A stretch of DNA of 64,000 nt from Candidatus Sericytochromatia bacterium (GCA_046328075.1 JAXLXG010000007.1:26968-90967); one strand, 5' to 3'; counted from the first letter of the stretch, positions 49,397-60,432 are shown. Notes: generated by a model from the sequence alone, not told the origin. Numbers and translations: made by a program.

Positions 49397-49733
49397 TATT
49401 TTTTACCAACATATTATATTACTATCTATAAATCTAATAAATAATTTTTATTTTACTATTAGATTTCACTTAGAAAAGAATTAAATTTTTAAGATAATAT
49501 TCAAAAAATAATTATAGTTCAACAAAATTCGTTTTCTCAAACTAATGAAGTAAAAGTATTAAAACTCCTAACTCTTATCTTCTTCTCTTATCACTCATTA
49601 CTTCTTCTCTTCTTACTAATATACATGAGTTCAATATAGTTTTATGGAATATTAATTTACTTGAACACTTATTCATAATATAATTACTCACTGAAAATTA
49701 TGCAAATTATATTAGCAGGAAATATTTATAGCT

Positions 49734-52397
49734 ATGAGTAATGAAGAAACAAAATTAGATCAGATAGAAAATAGTGAATGGCTTGAATCTTTAGAATATG
49801 TTATTAAAAACAGAGGTGAAAAAAGAACAAGTCAATTATTAAAAGAGTTAGAAACTTATGCTTATTCTGTTGGGGTTGAAATTCCTTTTTCTGCAAATAC
49901 TCCTTATGTAAATACAATTCCTGTTGAAAAACAACCACTTTTTCCTGGAAGCATTGAAACAGAAAAACGTATTAGAAGCTTAATCCGATGGAATGCAATG
50001 GCAATGGTTGTTAGAGCCAATAAAGAAGAAAATGGAGTAGGTGGTCATATTTCTACTTATGCTTCAGCTGCAACTCTTTATGAAGTTGGTTTTAATCATT
50101 TTTTTAGAGCAAGAACAGAAGAGCACGAAGGAGATACAATATATATTCAAGGTCATACTGCTCCAGGAATTTATTCAAGAGCTTTTTTAGAAGGAAGAAT
50201 AACAGAAGAAAAGCTAGTTAATTTTAGACGTGAGCTTAAAAAAGGTGGAGGACTGTCATCATATCCACATCCTTGGTTAATGCCAGATTTTTGGGAATTT
50301 CCAACAGTTTCTATGGGATTAGGCCCTATAATGGCTATTTATCAAGCTAGATTTAATCGTTATCTTGAGGATAGAGGTCTAAAAAAACCAAGTGATGCAA
50401 AAGTTTGGGCTTTTTTAGGAGATGGAGAAACAGATGAGCCTGAAACACTTGGCTCAATTTCACTTGCTGCAAGAGAAAAACTTGATAACCTTATCTTTGT
50501 TATCAATTGTAATTTACAAAGGCTTGATGGCCCTGTTAGAGGAAATGGAAATATAGTTCAAGAATTAGAAGCAAGTTTTAGAGGTGTTGGTTGGAATGTA
50601 ATTAAAGTCCTTTGGGGTGGTGGTTGGGATCAACTACTAGAGCAAGATAAAAGTGGACTTTTGGTAAAAAGGATGAATGAGTTAGTTGATGGGGAATGGC
50701 AGAAACTTCTTATTGAAAAAGGAGCATATATTCGAAGTCAGTTTTTTGGAAAATATCCAGAATTACTTGAATTAGTTAAGCACTATAGTGATGAACAATT
50801 AGAGAAATTAAGAGTTGGTGGTCATGATGCTGAAAAAGTATATGCGGCATATAAAAATGCTGTTGAAAATAAAGGTTCTCCTACTGTAATTCTTGTAAGA
50901 ACTATTAAAGGATATGGTTTAGGAGAAGCTGGGGAAGGTAGAAATATAACTCACCAACAAAAGAAATTAAATGAAGATGAATTAAAAAGATTTAGAACTA
51001 GATTTGGAATACCTCTTTCTGATGATCAAGTTGCAGATGCTCCATTTTATAAACCAAAAGAAGATAGTATAGAAATTAAATATTTAAAAGAAAAAAGAGA
51101 AAAATTAAAAGGTTTTGTCCCTTCAAGAAAGCCAAGAAGTAAACCAATTCAAGCTCCAAATGATGATGTTTTTAAAGAGTTCTTAACAGGTTCTGGAGGT
51201 CGTCAAGTATCAACTACAATGGCTTTTGTAAGTATATTAACTAAGCTTTTAAAAGATAAAGAAATTGGAAAATTAATTGTTCCTATTGTCCCAGATGAAG
51301 CAAGAACTTTTGGTATGGAAGCTCTTTTTAGACAAATTGGGATCTATTCTCATGTAGGGCAACTATATGAGCCGGTTGATGCTTCAACATTACTTTATTA
51401 TAAAGAGACCAAAGATGGACAATTACTTGAAGAAGGTATCACAGAAGCTGGCTCTATGTCGTCATTTATTGCAGCAGGTACAGCTTATTCTACAAATGCA
51501 GTAAATACAATACCATTCTTTATTTATTACTCAATGTTTGGTTTTCAGAGAATTGGGGATTTAATATGGGCTGCTGGTGACATGATGTGTAAAGGATTCT
51601 TAATTGGAGCAACAGCAGGAAGAACAACTCTTGCAGGTGAAGGCTTACAGCATCAAGATGGACATAGTCTTTTACTTGCTTATCCATTACCAAATTTACT
51701 TTGTTATGACCCAACTTATGCTTATGAAATGGCTGTAATTATTCAAGATGGTATTAAGAGAATGTACCAAGATCAAGAAAAGATTTTTTATTACATAACA
51801 GCAATGAATGAGAATTATGAAATGCCTAAAATGCCAGAAAACTCAAAAGAAGGTATTTTAAAAGGTATTTATAAGTTGATAAAATCTGAAAATAATAGTG
51901 AATTAAAAGCTCATTTATTTGGTAGTGGTTCTATTTTAAATGAAGCTCTAAAAGCCAGAGAAGTATTAGAAAAAGAATATAATATATCAACAGACGTTTG
52001 GAGTGTTACAAGTTATAAGCAATTACATCTTGATATAATGAATACTGAAAGATTTAATATGTTTAACCCAAGTGAAGAAGCTAAAAAATCTTACTTACAA
52101 ACAGTTCTTGAAAATGAAACAGGAGCTTTCGTTTCAGCTTCTGACTATGTTCAGATTCTTGCTGATTCTATAAGTAAGCATGTTCCAAATGGTATTGCTT
52201 CACTTGGAACTTATGGTTTTGGTAGAAGTGAGGGTAGAAGTAGTTTACGTGACTTTTTTGAAGTTGACTCTAAACATATTGTATTTGCTACTATTTATCA
52301 ATTATTTAGACAAAATAAAGTTAATCTTGATTTTGTAAAAAAAGCAATGTCTGAATTAGGAATTAATCCTGATAAGCCAAATCCTATGTATTCATAA
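49734..52397 (+). CDS. aceE: Pyruvate dehydrogenase E1, homodimeric type
   Basis: RWNAMAMV, GGHISTY, FPTVSMGLGP, GDGETDEPE, NCNLQRLDGPV, GEGLQHQDG. Confidence 0.97.
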   Translation: MSNEETKLDQIENSEWLESLEYVIKNRGEKRTSQLLKELETYAYSVGVEIPFSANTPYVNTIPVEKQPLFPGSIETEKRIRSLIRWNAMAMVVRANKEENGVGGHISTYASAATLYEVGFNHFFRARTEEHEGDTIYIQGHTAPGIYSRAFLEGRITEEKLVNFRRELKKGGGLSSYPHPWLMPDFWEFPTVSMGLGPIMAIYQARFNRYLEDRGLKKPSDAKVWAFLGDGETDEPETLGSISLAAREKLDNLIFVINCNLQRLDGPVRGNGNIVQELEASFRGVGWNVIKVLWGGGWDQLLEQDKSGLLVKRMNELVDGEWQKLLIEKGAYIRSQFFGKYPELLELVKHYSDEQLEKLRVGGHDAEKVYAAYKNAVENKGSPTVILVRTIKGYGLGEAGEGRNITHQQKKLNEDELKRFRTRFGIPLSDDQVADAPFYKPKEDSIEIKYLKEKREKLKGFVPSRKPRSKPIQAPNDDVFKEFLTGSGGRQVSTTMAFVSILTKLLKDKEIGKLIVPIVPDEARTFGMEALFRQIGIYSHVGQLYEPVDASTLLYYKETKDGQLLEEGITEAGSMSSFIAAGTAYSTNAVNTIPFFIYYSMFGFQRIGDLIWAAGDMMCKGFLIGATAGRTTLAGEGLQHQDGHSLLLAYPLPNLLCYDPTYAYEMAVIIQDGIKRMYQDQEKIFYYITAMNENYEMPKMPENSKEGILKGIYKLIKSENNSELKAHLFGSGSILNEALKAREVLEKEYNISTDVWSVTSYKQLHLDIMNTERFNMFNPSEEAKKSYLQTVLENETGAFVSASDYVQILADSISKHVPNGIASLGTYGFGRSEGRSSLRDFFEVDSKHIVFATIYQLFRQNKVNLDFVKKAMSELGINPDKPNPMYS

Positions 52398-52406
52398 TTT
52401 TAAAGA

Positions 52407-54125
52407 TTGGAAAATAATATGACAAAAGAATTAAAAGTACCTAATCTTGGAGAAAATATTTCCTCAGCAGAAGTCTTAAAAATACTTGTAAATGTTGGAG
52501 ATAAAATACAAAAAGAGCAGTCTATTTTGGAAATAAGTTCAGACAAAGCAACCTTAGAAATACCTTCTGATATGGAAGGTGTTATTACAGAAATTAAGAT
52601 TAAAGAAGGTGATTCTATTTCAGAAGGTCAAATAATGTTTGTTTTAGATGATGGTGGATCTATAACTAGTGTTGAAACTGAAAAAGAATCTCAAATAGAA
52701 GTAACAAGAGAAAATAATAAAGATACTGAAAAATTAGTTTCTCAACAATTAGAAGATAAGCAAGAATTGGTAAATCAAGCTCAGAATAATATAGATAATC
52801 TTAAAACACAATTTTTGTTACCAAATTTAGGTGATAATATACCTTCAGCAGAAGTTTTGCGAGTTCTTATAAAAGTAGGAGATAAGATTGAAAAAGAACA
52901 ATCAATTTTAGAAATAAGCTCAGACAAAGCAACTTTAGAAGTTCCTTCTGACATTAGTGGGATAATAAAAGATATTAAAGTAAAAGATGGAGATTCTATA
53001 AAAGAAGGAGATTTAATTCTTGAAGTTGAAGCTAGTTTTACACAATCTAAAAAAACTGAAGTAAAAAAACAAGAAATAGTCCAAAGTCAAATTCAAAATA
53101 TTTCAAATGAATCTAAACAAGATATTAAATCTGAACCTATTCAAAAAGAACAGAAACTAGAAACTAAAAGTACTCAATCTTTATCAAATCCTAGAATGAA
53201 AGATGTTGCTCCTGCTGCCCCTTCAGTTAGAAGATTTGCAAGAGAATTAGGAATTGATATTTATAAAGTTAAGGGTACTGGAATAAATGGAAGAATTTCA
53301 ATAGAAGATGTAAAAAATTATTCTAAAGAAATCAATAAAATTGTAAGTTCTGGAGCTGTAAATAGTACAGGGACAACTATTACTTCTGGTTATACAGAAA
53401 ATTTACCTGATTTTTCAAAATGGGGTGAAATTAAAACAGAGGCAATGAATAATGTTAGGTTTAAAACCGCACAACATTTAAGCTATGCTTGGAATACAAT
53501 TCCTCATGTAACACATTTTGAAAAGGTTGATATAACAGATTTAGAAAAATTACGTAAAGATTTTGGTAAAAAAGTTGAAGCAGCAGGTGGAAAACTTACA
53601 ATGACTTCTATTCTACTAAAAATAGTATCTTCAGCACTAAAAGTTTTTCCTAAATTTGGTGCGAGTATTGACTTAAACAAAAAAGAAATTATTTATAAAA
53701 ATTATATTCATCTTGGTTTAGCTGTTGATACTGATAGAGGTTTACTTGTTCCTGTTATAAGAGATACAGATAAAAAGAATATAACTCAAATATCTATTGA
53801 AGTAGGACAAGTCGCTCAAAAAGCAAGAGATAAAAAATTAACACTAGATGATATGCAAGGAGCTGTTTTTACAATCTCAAATCTTGGTGGTATTGGTGGT
53901 GTAGGTTTTACTCCTGTTGTAAACTCTCCTGAAGTTGCAATATTAGGTGTTTCACAAAGTAGTTATGAACCAGTTTATAAAGATGGAAATTTTGTTCCAA
54001 GACTAATAATGCCTCTTTCATTATCTTATGATCATAGGTTAATTGATGGTGCTGATGCTGCAAGATTTATGAAATGGTTAAAGGAAGCTATTGAAAATCC
54101 TTTCATTATTCTTCTTGAAGGTTAA
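52407..54125 (+). CDS. aceF: Dihydrolipoamide acetyltransferase E2 with two lipoyl domains
   Basis: Two SSDKATLE lipoyl motifs, AAPSVRRFARELG, SYDHRLIDG. Confidence 0.96.
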   Translation: MENNMTKELKVPNLGENISSAEVLKILVNVGDKIQKEQSILEISSDKATLEIPSDMEGVITEIKIKEGDSISEGQIMFVLDDGGSITSVETEKESQIEVTRENNKDTEKLVSQQLEDKQELVNQAQNNIDNLKTQFLLPNLGDNIPSAEVLRVLIKVGDKIEKEQSILEISSDKATLEVPSDISGIIKDIKVKDGDSIKEGDLILEVEASFTQSKKTEVKKQEIVQSQIQNISNESKQDIKSEPIQKEQKLETKSTQSLSNPRMKDVAPAAPSVRRFARELGIDIYKVKGTGINGRISIEDVKNYSKEINKIVSSGAVNSTGTTITSGYTENLPDFSKWGEIKTEAMNNVRFKTAQHLSYAWNTIPHVTHFEKVDITDLEKLRKDFGKKVEAAGGKLTMTSILLKIVSSALKVFPKFGASIDLNKKEIIYKNYIHLGLAVDTDRGLLVPVIRDTDKKNITQISIEVGQVAQKARDKKLTLDDMQGAVFTISNLGGIGGVGFTPVVNSPEVAILGVSQSSYEPVYKDGNFVPRLIMPLSLSYDHRLIDGADAARFMKWLKEAIENPFIILLEG

Positions 54126-54242
54126 TAATTTTTGTTCTTCTATACATAACTGTAGAAAAAAATAATATTATGGTGTTACAAAAAAAACAATTGTCTTGTA
54201 AAATATAATCTGTTTATATTTAATCCACTCAGGAGGAAATTC

Positions 54243-55727
54243 ATGACCGCTGAAGTATTAAGTCAACCTATGCAACAAGGTATTTTCATAAATGGTAATT
54301 TTGAAAATTCTGCATCTGGTAAAAAATTTGATGTAATAAATCCTGCTACAGGAGAAGTTTTAGCTCAAGTTCAAGAAGGTGATGCTGCTGATATTGATAA
54401 AGCTGTTAAAGCTGCAAGAACTGCTTTTGCAGGTTGGTCAGAGTCTCCTGCACAAATGAGAGCAGCTATTTTATCAAAAGCAGCTGATATTTTAGAAGCA
54501 AGAAAAGAAGAACTTGCTGCACTTGAAACAAAAAATACAGGAAAGCCTCTTATAGAAAGTATGTTTGTTGACTTTGGTTTAGCTGTTGATTGTCTAAAAT
54601 TCTATAGTGCTGCTGCTAGAATGATTAGAGGTGAAACAATACCTGTTGCTAGTGGACAAATGGTTTATACACTTAAAGAACCTGTTGGTGTTGTTGGTCA
54701 AATAATACCTTGGAATTTCCCTGTATTAATGGCTTGTTGGAAACTAGGCCCAGCTTTAGCTGCTGGAAATACAGTTGTTTTAAAACCAGCTGAGCAAACA
54801 CCAATTACAGCATTAAAATTAGCTGAAATATTTAAAGAAGCTGGTTTACCTGATGGTGTTTTAAATGTTGTTCCTGGTTTTGGTGAAACAGCAGGAGCAG
54901 CTTTAGTTAATCATCCTGATGTAGATAAAATAGCTTTTACAGGTGAAACTAAGACTGGTAGATTAATTATGGAAACAGCTTCAAAAACAGCTAAGAGAGT
55001 TTCTTTAGAGCTTGGTGGAAAAGCTCCTAATATAGTTTTTGAAGATGCTGATCTTGATAATGCCGTTCATGCTTCACTTTTTGCAGTTTATTTAAATCAA
55101 GGTCAAGCTTGTGTTTCAGGCTCAAGACTTTATGTTCAAGAAAGTATTTATGATAAATTTATTGAAAAATTAGTAGCTGGTGCAAAGAAAATAAGTGTTG
55201 GCGACCCTATGGATATGAATACTAGATTAGGTTCTGTTTCATCAAAAGAACAATATGACAAAATTAAAAGTTATATTGAAATTGGTAAATCAGAAGGTGC
55301 TAAGCTTCTTGTTGGTGGAGATAGTCCAGAAGGTGAATTTAGTAAAGGTTATTTTATTAACCCAACAATATTTGAAGCTGAACAAAATATGAGAATTACA
55401 CAAGAAGAAGTTTTTGGACCTTTCTTATCTGTAATTAAATTCAAAGATATTGATGATGTTGTTGCTAAAGCTAATGATACTCAGTATGGATTAGCAGCAG
55501 CTCTTTGGACAAAAAATGTTCAAACTGCTCATACAGTAGCTAAGAAGATTAGATCTGGAACAGTTTGGGTAAATACATATAATTTCTTATTTAATGAAGC
55601 TCCATTTGGTGGATTTAAACAAAGTGGCTTTGGAAGAGAACTTGGATTACAAGCTTTAGATATGTATACAGAAACAAAAACTGTTTGTGTTGACTTAGGA
55701 CAACATCCAAACTGGTATAACATATAA
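54243..55727 (+). CDS. Aldehyde dehydrogenase
   Basis: IIPWNFP, FTGET, LELGGKAP, GQACVSG, EEVFGP; RBS AGGAGG. Confidence 0.95.
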   Translation: MTAEVLSQPMQQGIFINGNFENSASGKKFDVINPATGEVLAQVQEGDAADIDKAVKAARTAFAGWSESPAQMRAAILSKAADILEARKEELAALETKNTGKPLIESMFVDFGLAVDCLKFYSAAARMIRGETIPVASGQMVYTLKEPVGVVGQIIPWNFPVLMACWKLGPALAAGNTVVLKPAEQTPITALKLAEIFKEAGLPDGVLNVVPGFGETAGAALVNHPDVDKIAFTGETKTGRLIMETASKTAKRVSLELGGKAPNIVFEDADLDNAVHASLFAVYLNQGQACVSGSRLYVQESIYDKFIEKLVAGAKKISVGDPMDMNTRLGSVSSKEQYDKIKSYIEIGKSEGAKLLVGGDSPEGEFSKGYFINPTIFEAEQNMRITQEEVFGPFLSVIKFKDIDDVVAKANDTQYGLAAALWTKNVQTAHTVAKKIRSGTVWVNTYNFLFNEAPFGGFKQSGFGRELGLQALDMYTETKTVCVDLGQHPNWYNI

Positions 55728-55745
55728 TAAAAATTAATAATTAAA

Positions 55746-55792
55746 TTAAGGATAACTCATATATCTATATCTATTTATTGAGTTATCCTTAA
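55746..55792. terminator. Terminator-like hairpin after ALDH
   Basis: TTAAGGATAACTCA / TGAGTTATCCTTAA 14-bp IR. Confidence 0.55.
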
Positions 55793-55824
55793 ATATATAA
55801 TTATATATTTCTGAAACGGGAAAA

Positions 55825-56187
55825 ATGATTACATTAACTCAAGTCTTAATTCAACAAGGATATCTGTCTATGGAACAGTATCAGTATGCTTACAATGTTC
55901 AACAAAGTCAACCTGTTGAGCTAAGACAGCCTTTAGCTCAGATATATTTAGAACAAGGATTTTTTGGACTTGAACATCTAGATTATTGTTTAAAATTAAG
56001 GCAACAATATATTGCTGAAGGATATGAGCCTGAATTTGATCAATCACAATATCAACAAGTTCAAGAACAACAATATGCTTATCAAGAACCTCAAACTGTT
56101 CAAGTATCTGCAGTTACTTGTAAAGTATGTTTATCTGAATGCCAGTCGGATTGGACAATGTGTCCATTCTGTGGAAATAATTTATAA
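55825..56187 (+). CDS. Small protein: MshEN-like N-terminus + zinc ribbon
   Basis: LTQVLIQQGYLS / PLAQIYLEQGFFG tandem motifs; C-terminal CKVC...CPFCG. Confidence 0.6.
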   Translation: MITLTQVLIQQGYLSMEQYQYAYNVQQSQPVELRQPLAQIYLEQGFFGLEHLDYCLKLRQQYIAEGYEPEFDQSQYQQVQEQQYAYQEPQTVQVSAVTCKVCLSECQSDWTMCPFCGNNL

Positions 56188-56190
56188 ATT

Positions 56191-56631
56191 ATGAGTGGAA
56201 AAAATAATTATCTTAAAATATTATTTGAGATAACTAATAAAGCGTCACAAACTTATGTAAAATACCAAGAGTATAAAATAAATCCTGATTTGTTTCATGA
56301 TAAAGAACCACATTTATATTTAACATTTCAAATAATAGATAAATTAGTTACAGGTGCAAAAGAAAAAATTGAAGGTTCTAGTAATAAAGATTATTCAATA
56401 AATCAAAAAACATATATATCATTAAGAGAAGAATATTATTCTATACTTGAATGTAAAGTAACAGATTCAAATGATATAATAAAGGGTAATTATAGAAAAC
56501 TTGTTAAAGACTTTCATCCTGATACAATATCAGGAAAAGATTTGCCCAAACCTTTTATCGAATTTGCGAATAATAAGTTTAAGGAAATACAAACAGCTTA
56601 TGAATATATTAAAAAAGAAAGAAATTTTTAG
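56191..56631 (+). CDS. DnaJ-domain protein (DjlA-like C-terminal J domain)
   Basis: YRKLVKDFHPD...KFKEIQTAYEYIKKERNF. Confidence 0.85.
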   Translation: MSGKNNYLKILFEITNKASQTYVKYQEYKINPDLFHDKEPHLYLTFQIIDKLVTGAKEKIEGSSNKDYSINQKTYISLREEYYSILECKVTDSNDIIKGNYRKLVKDFHPDTISGKDLPKPFIEFANNKFKEIQTAYEYIKKERNF

Positions 56632-56706
56632 TTAAGTCTATTTCAAACTAATCATTTTATATGTAAAATTTTCAAAAGGATATTTAATTTAAAGGTTTAA
56701 TTTTTT

Positions 56707-57225
56707 ATGAGTAATAATTCAGAAATTCTTTCAGAGAAGTTGAGTGACTTTGTTGAAAAGTATTTTATCAAAATGGAATTTAAAGATATGTTCTCTATAA
56801 GAGATAATGAGGTAACTGATATATTATCAGAAATTGAAAAAACCTTAGTTAAATTATTAGAAAATAATTATGATGAAAATGATTCAGCTTTATGGTTAAA
56901 TCGTGAAATATGTATGCGTTCTTTAGTTATATTAACTCATATGGATTATTTTGCAGAAATAATGGAAAGAAATGGATACCTTGAAAGAGGTTTAATGTTA
57001 TATTCTAGAATATTAGACAATTTTAGTCAGAAAATATTAGAGGATCCTGAAATAGTACAAGCTATAAAAGAAGATAGGCTTGAAGAAGAAATTGAAAGAA
57101 GATTTGCACAAGAAAGAGAAACAAATAAAAATCCAAGAACATCAAATTTCTTATCTACTCCTGTAGAAGAAAAAGATTTAGAAGGTGTTCCAGAAGATTT
57201 TCAAGAGATACCAGAGAAGTTTTAG
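56707..57225 (+). CDS. Hypothetical acidic protein
   Basis: 172-aa ORF; no recognised domain. Confidence 0.7.
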   Translation: MSNNSEILSEKLSDFVEKYFIKMEFKDMFSIRDNEVTDILSEIEKTLVKLLENNYDENDSALWLNREICMRSLVILTHMDYFAEIMERNGYLERGLMLYSRILDNFSQKILEDPEIVQAIKEDRLEEEIERRFAQERETNKNPRTSNFLSTPVEEKDLEGVPEDFQEIPEKF

Positions 57226-57241
57226 ATAGGAGAATTTAAAA

Positions 57242-57481
57242 TTGGCACAAGAAGGTAAAGTTATTAAAGATATATTATTTAATTGTCCAAAACAAGGAGT
57301 AGAAGTTCATTTAAAAGTAAAAGGTGAATTAAAAAAAGGACTTTTAGGAACAAAATTTACTAATCAGGAATTAAAAAAATGTGATCTTCATGCTCAAGGT
57401 GGATGTACTATAAAGCTTGAACCTGCTGTGAGTTCAACTTGTCCTGCTGTAATAAAAGCTCAAAAATCTGCACTTAAATAA
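57242..57481 (+). CDS. Small Cys-containing hypothetical protein
   Basis: RBS AGGAG before TTG; four Cys. Confidence 0.65.
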   Translation: MAQEGKVIKDILFNCPKQGVEVHLKVKGELKKGLLGTKFTNQELKKCDLHAQGGCTIKLEPAVSSTCPAVIKAQKSALK

Positions 57482-57625
57482 ATTAATAATTTACAGTATT
57501 ATCATTAGTTTTTATTTGTAATTTAAAGTAAAAGTCTTTACAAATAAATTAAACGATATATTGTATTTATCTATATTTCTTGCTAAGATGTCAACTTATA
57601 TAATTTAAGATAAATAGAATTTTTT

Positions 57626-58645
57626 ATGAAAGATAATTTAAATAGCTTAAAAACTCAAGCTTTAGAAAAGATTGAAAATACAAACACTAAAGAAGATTTA
57701 AATCAGATAAGAATACAGTATCTAGGAAAAAAAGGTGAATTAACATCTATTTTAAAAACCCTTGGTTCATGTACTCCTGAAGAAAGAGCTGAAATAGGAA
57801 AACTTGCAAATCAAAGTAAGCAAGAAATCGAAACTGCTATTGAAAATAAAAGTAAATCTATTGATAAAGCTGTTTTTGATAGTATTAAAGATACAGAATG
57901 GATTGATATTACACAGCCTTCAAAAAAGTCAAAATTAGGTACAACTCACCCAATTACACAAATACAATATGAGTTAGAAGATATCTTTAAATCTATGGGA
58001 TTCTCAATATTTGAAGGCCCTGAGTTAGAAGATGATTATCATAATTTTATTGCTTTAAATATTCCAAAAGATCATCCTGCTAGAGATATGCAAGATACTT
58101 TTTGGCTTGAAGATGGAAGATTATTAAGAACACATACATCTTCTGTACAAGTAAGAACAATGGAAAAAATAACACCTCCACTTCAAGGTATTTCAGCAGG
58201 TAGAGTTTTCAGATATGAAGCAACTGATGCTTCACATGAAAATACATTTTATCAAGTAGAAGGATTAATGGTTGGTAAAGATATTTCTGTTGCTAATTTA
58301 ATCTATGTAATGAAAGTTTTACTAAAAGAAATATTTAAAAGAGAAGTAAAAGTTAGATTACGCCCTGGTTACTTTCCATTTGTTGAACCTGGTTTTGAAT
58401 TAGATATTAATTGTTTAATTTGTAATGGAAAAGGTTGTAGTGTTTGTAAACATAGTGGATGGGTAGAATTATTACCTTGTGGTCTTGTTCATCCAAATGT
58501 GTTAAGTATGCAAGGTATTGATACAAATGAGTACTCAGGTTTTGCTTTTGGATTAGGATTAAATAGACTTGTAATGATGAGATATGGAATAGATGATATA
58601 AGACATTTCCAAGGTGGAGATCTAAGATTTTTAGAACAGTTTTAG
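57626..58645 (+). CDS. pheS: Phenylalanine-tRNA ligase alpha subunit
   Basis: HPARDMQDTF, LLRTHTS, FYQVEG, FPFVEPG, GFAFGLG. Confidence 0.97.
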   Translation: MKDNLNSLKTQALEKIENTNTKEDLNQIRIQYLGKKGELTSILKTLGSCTPEERAEIGKLANQSKQEIETAIENKSKSIDKAVFDSIKDTEWIDITQPSKKSKLGTTHPITQIQYELEDIFKSMGFSIFEGPELEDDYHNFIALNIPKDHPARDMQDTFWLEDGRLLRTHTSSVQVRTMEKITPPLQGISAGRVFRYEATDASHENTFYQVEGLMVGKDISVANLIYVMKVLLKEIFKREVKVRLRPGYFPFVEPGFELDINCLICNGKGCSVCKHSGWVELLPCGLVHPNVLSMQGIDTNEYSGFAFGLGLNRLVMMRYGIDDIRHFQGGDLRFLEQF

Positions 58646-58696
58646 AAAAAATAAATAACTCTTTTTATTTTTTAACTTATAAGTTAAGTTAAATAT

Positions 58697-60432
58697 ATGG
58701 ATCTTAAAAGTTTTTTCAGAAAATTTAATAGTAAAACTTATTTAGTTGTTGCTTTTACAGGTATTTCTATTATTCCTGTAGTTATGCTTACATTAATTCA
58801 ATATAGTTTTTTTAGTGGAGATATTATTTCATTAATAGAAAAAAATAATATATCTCTAGTAAAAAATCTTGCAGATAAGTTTGAGCAGTATATTAAAATA
58901 AATATACAAACAATTAATCATTTAGCTAGTACCATTAAAGAAAAAAAAGAAAAAGATATAAAAATAACTTTAGATAACTTTAGTCAGAACTATCCAGATT
59001 ATAAAGCATTTTTTTATTTTTATAATGATAAATTAATTGTTTATCATAATCATAATATAAATAATAGCCTTTATAATTTATTAAAAAGATACTATATAAA
59101 GGAAAATGCAAAAATTTAAATAAAAGTTTTATTATAAATAATATTGAATTAGATAATAAGTCTAAATGTATAGGATTAGTTTCTCCAATATATAATAATA
59201 ATGAATATAAAGGTTTTTTATTAGCTTGTTTAGATAAAGAACAAATAAAATTATATATAAATAGTTCTTTAGAAAATGAACAAAAAGTTATTATTTTAGA
59301 TAAAAGCAATAATAATATAATTTATCCAGATAATAACGATTTATCTTTTATAAATAAAGATTCTTTAAAGAAAATTAAAGAAGAGCAAAGTGGAGTTATA
59401 GAAAGTTATTCAATTATCAATAAAAAACAAGAAGCTATAAGTTACACATCTATTAATAGCTTAAATTGGCTTGTTATGTATGAATATCCATTAACTGAAT
59501 ATAGAGATGATGTAATAAATTTATCAATAAAAATAATAATTGCATCTATTATTAGCTTATTTTGTGCTTTAGCTATGGGTTTATGGATTGCATCTTATCA
59601 ATATACTTTTTCAAAAAATATTTTAGCTTCTATTAGAGAAATTGCAAATGGTAACTATAAAAAAAAGGTTGAGTCAAATTTATTTTTTATTCCTTATGAA
59701 TTTGATCAGATGGTTAATGAGTTTAATGTAATGAGAGAAAAAATAGAACAGCTAGATCACTTTAAATCTAATTTAATCGATACTGTTAGCCATGAGTTTA
59801 GAACACCTTTAACAAGTATAAAAGGTTTTTCTTCAACTCTTTTGAGAAAAGATGTAAAATTTGATGATGAAACTCAAAATAGACTTTTAAAAATTATATC
59901 TACTCAGTCAGATAGATTATCAAGAATGGTTGAAGATTTATTAGTTGTGCCAAAACTTGAAGGTCATGTTTTAAAATTAAACTTACAAGAGGTTGAATTA
60001 GAACCATTATTTGAGGATCTTTCTCAGTTTTTCCCCAATAAAGAATTTTCTATTAAAATAAAAGAAAGTATATATGTCTTAGTAGATTCAGATAGATTTG
60101 AACAAATAATATTAAATTTATTTGAAAACGCGAATAAATATAGTAATCCTAAAACTTCAAGTATAAGAGTAAGAGCTTTTAAAGAAGATTCATTTGCACA
60201 TATAATCGTTTCTAATTGTTCAAATAAAATAGAGCAAAATAAACTTGATTCTTTATTTGATAAATTTTTTAGACTTGATGATGCATTAACTAGAACTACA
60301 GGTGGAACTGGTTTAGGTCTATATATTACAAAAAGTCTTGTAGAGCTTATGAATGGTAAAATATGGCTTGAGTCTACAAATGAACAATTTAAAGTGCATA
60401 TTCTTTTACCTTTAGATGATTTAGAAATATGA
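58697..60432 (+). pseudogene. Cache/HAMP sensor histidine kinase with a single frameshift
   Basis: ORF 58697..59119 joins the frame of 59476..60432 if one A is added at GCAAAAATTT (~59110); VSHEFRTPLTSI, NANKYS, GTGLGL. Confidence 0.8.

Noticed and set aside
58980-59309. 109-aa minus-strand ORF
   Set aside because: Antisense to the frameshifted histidine kinase
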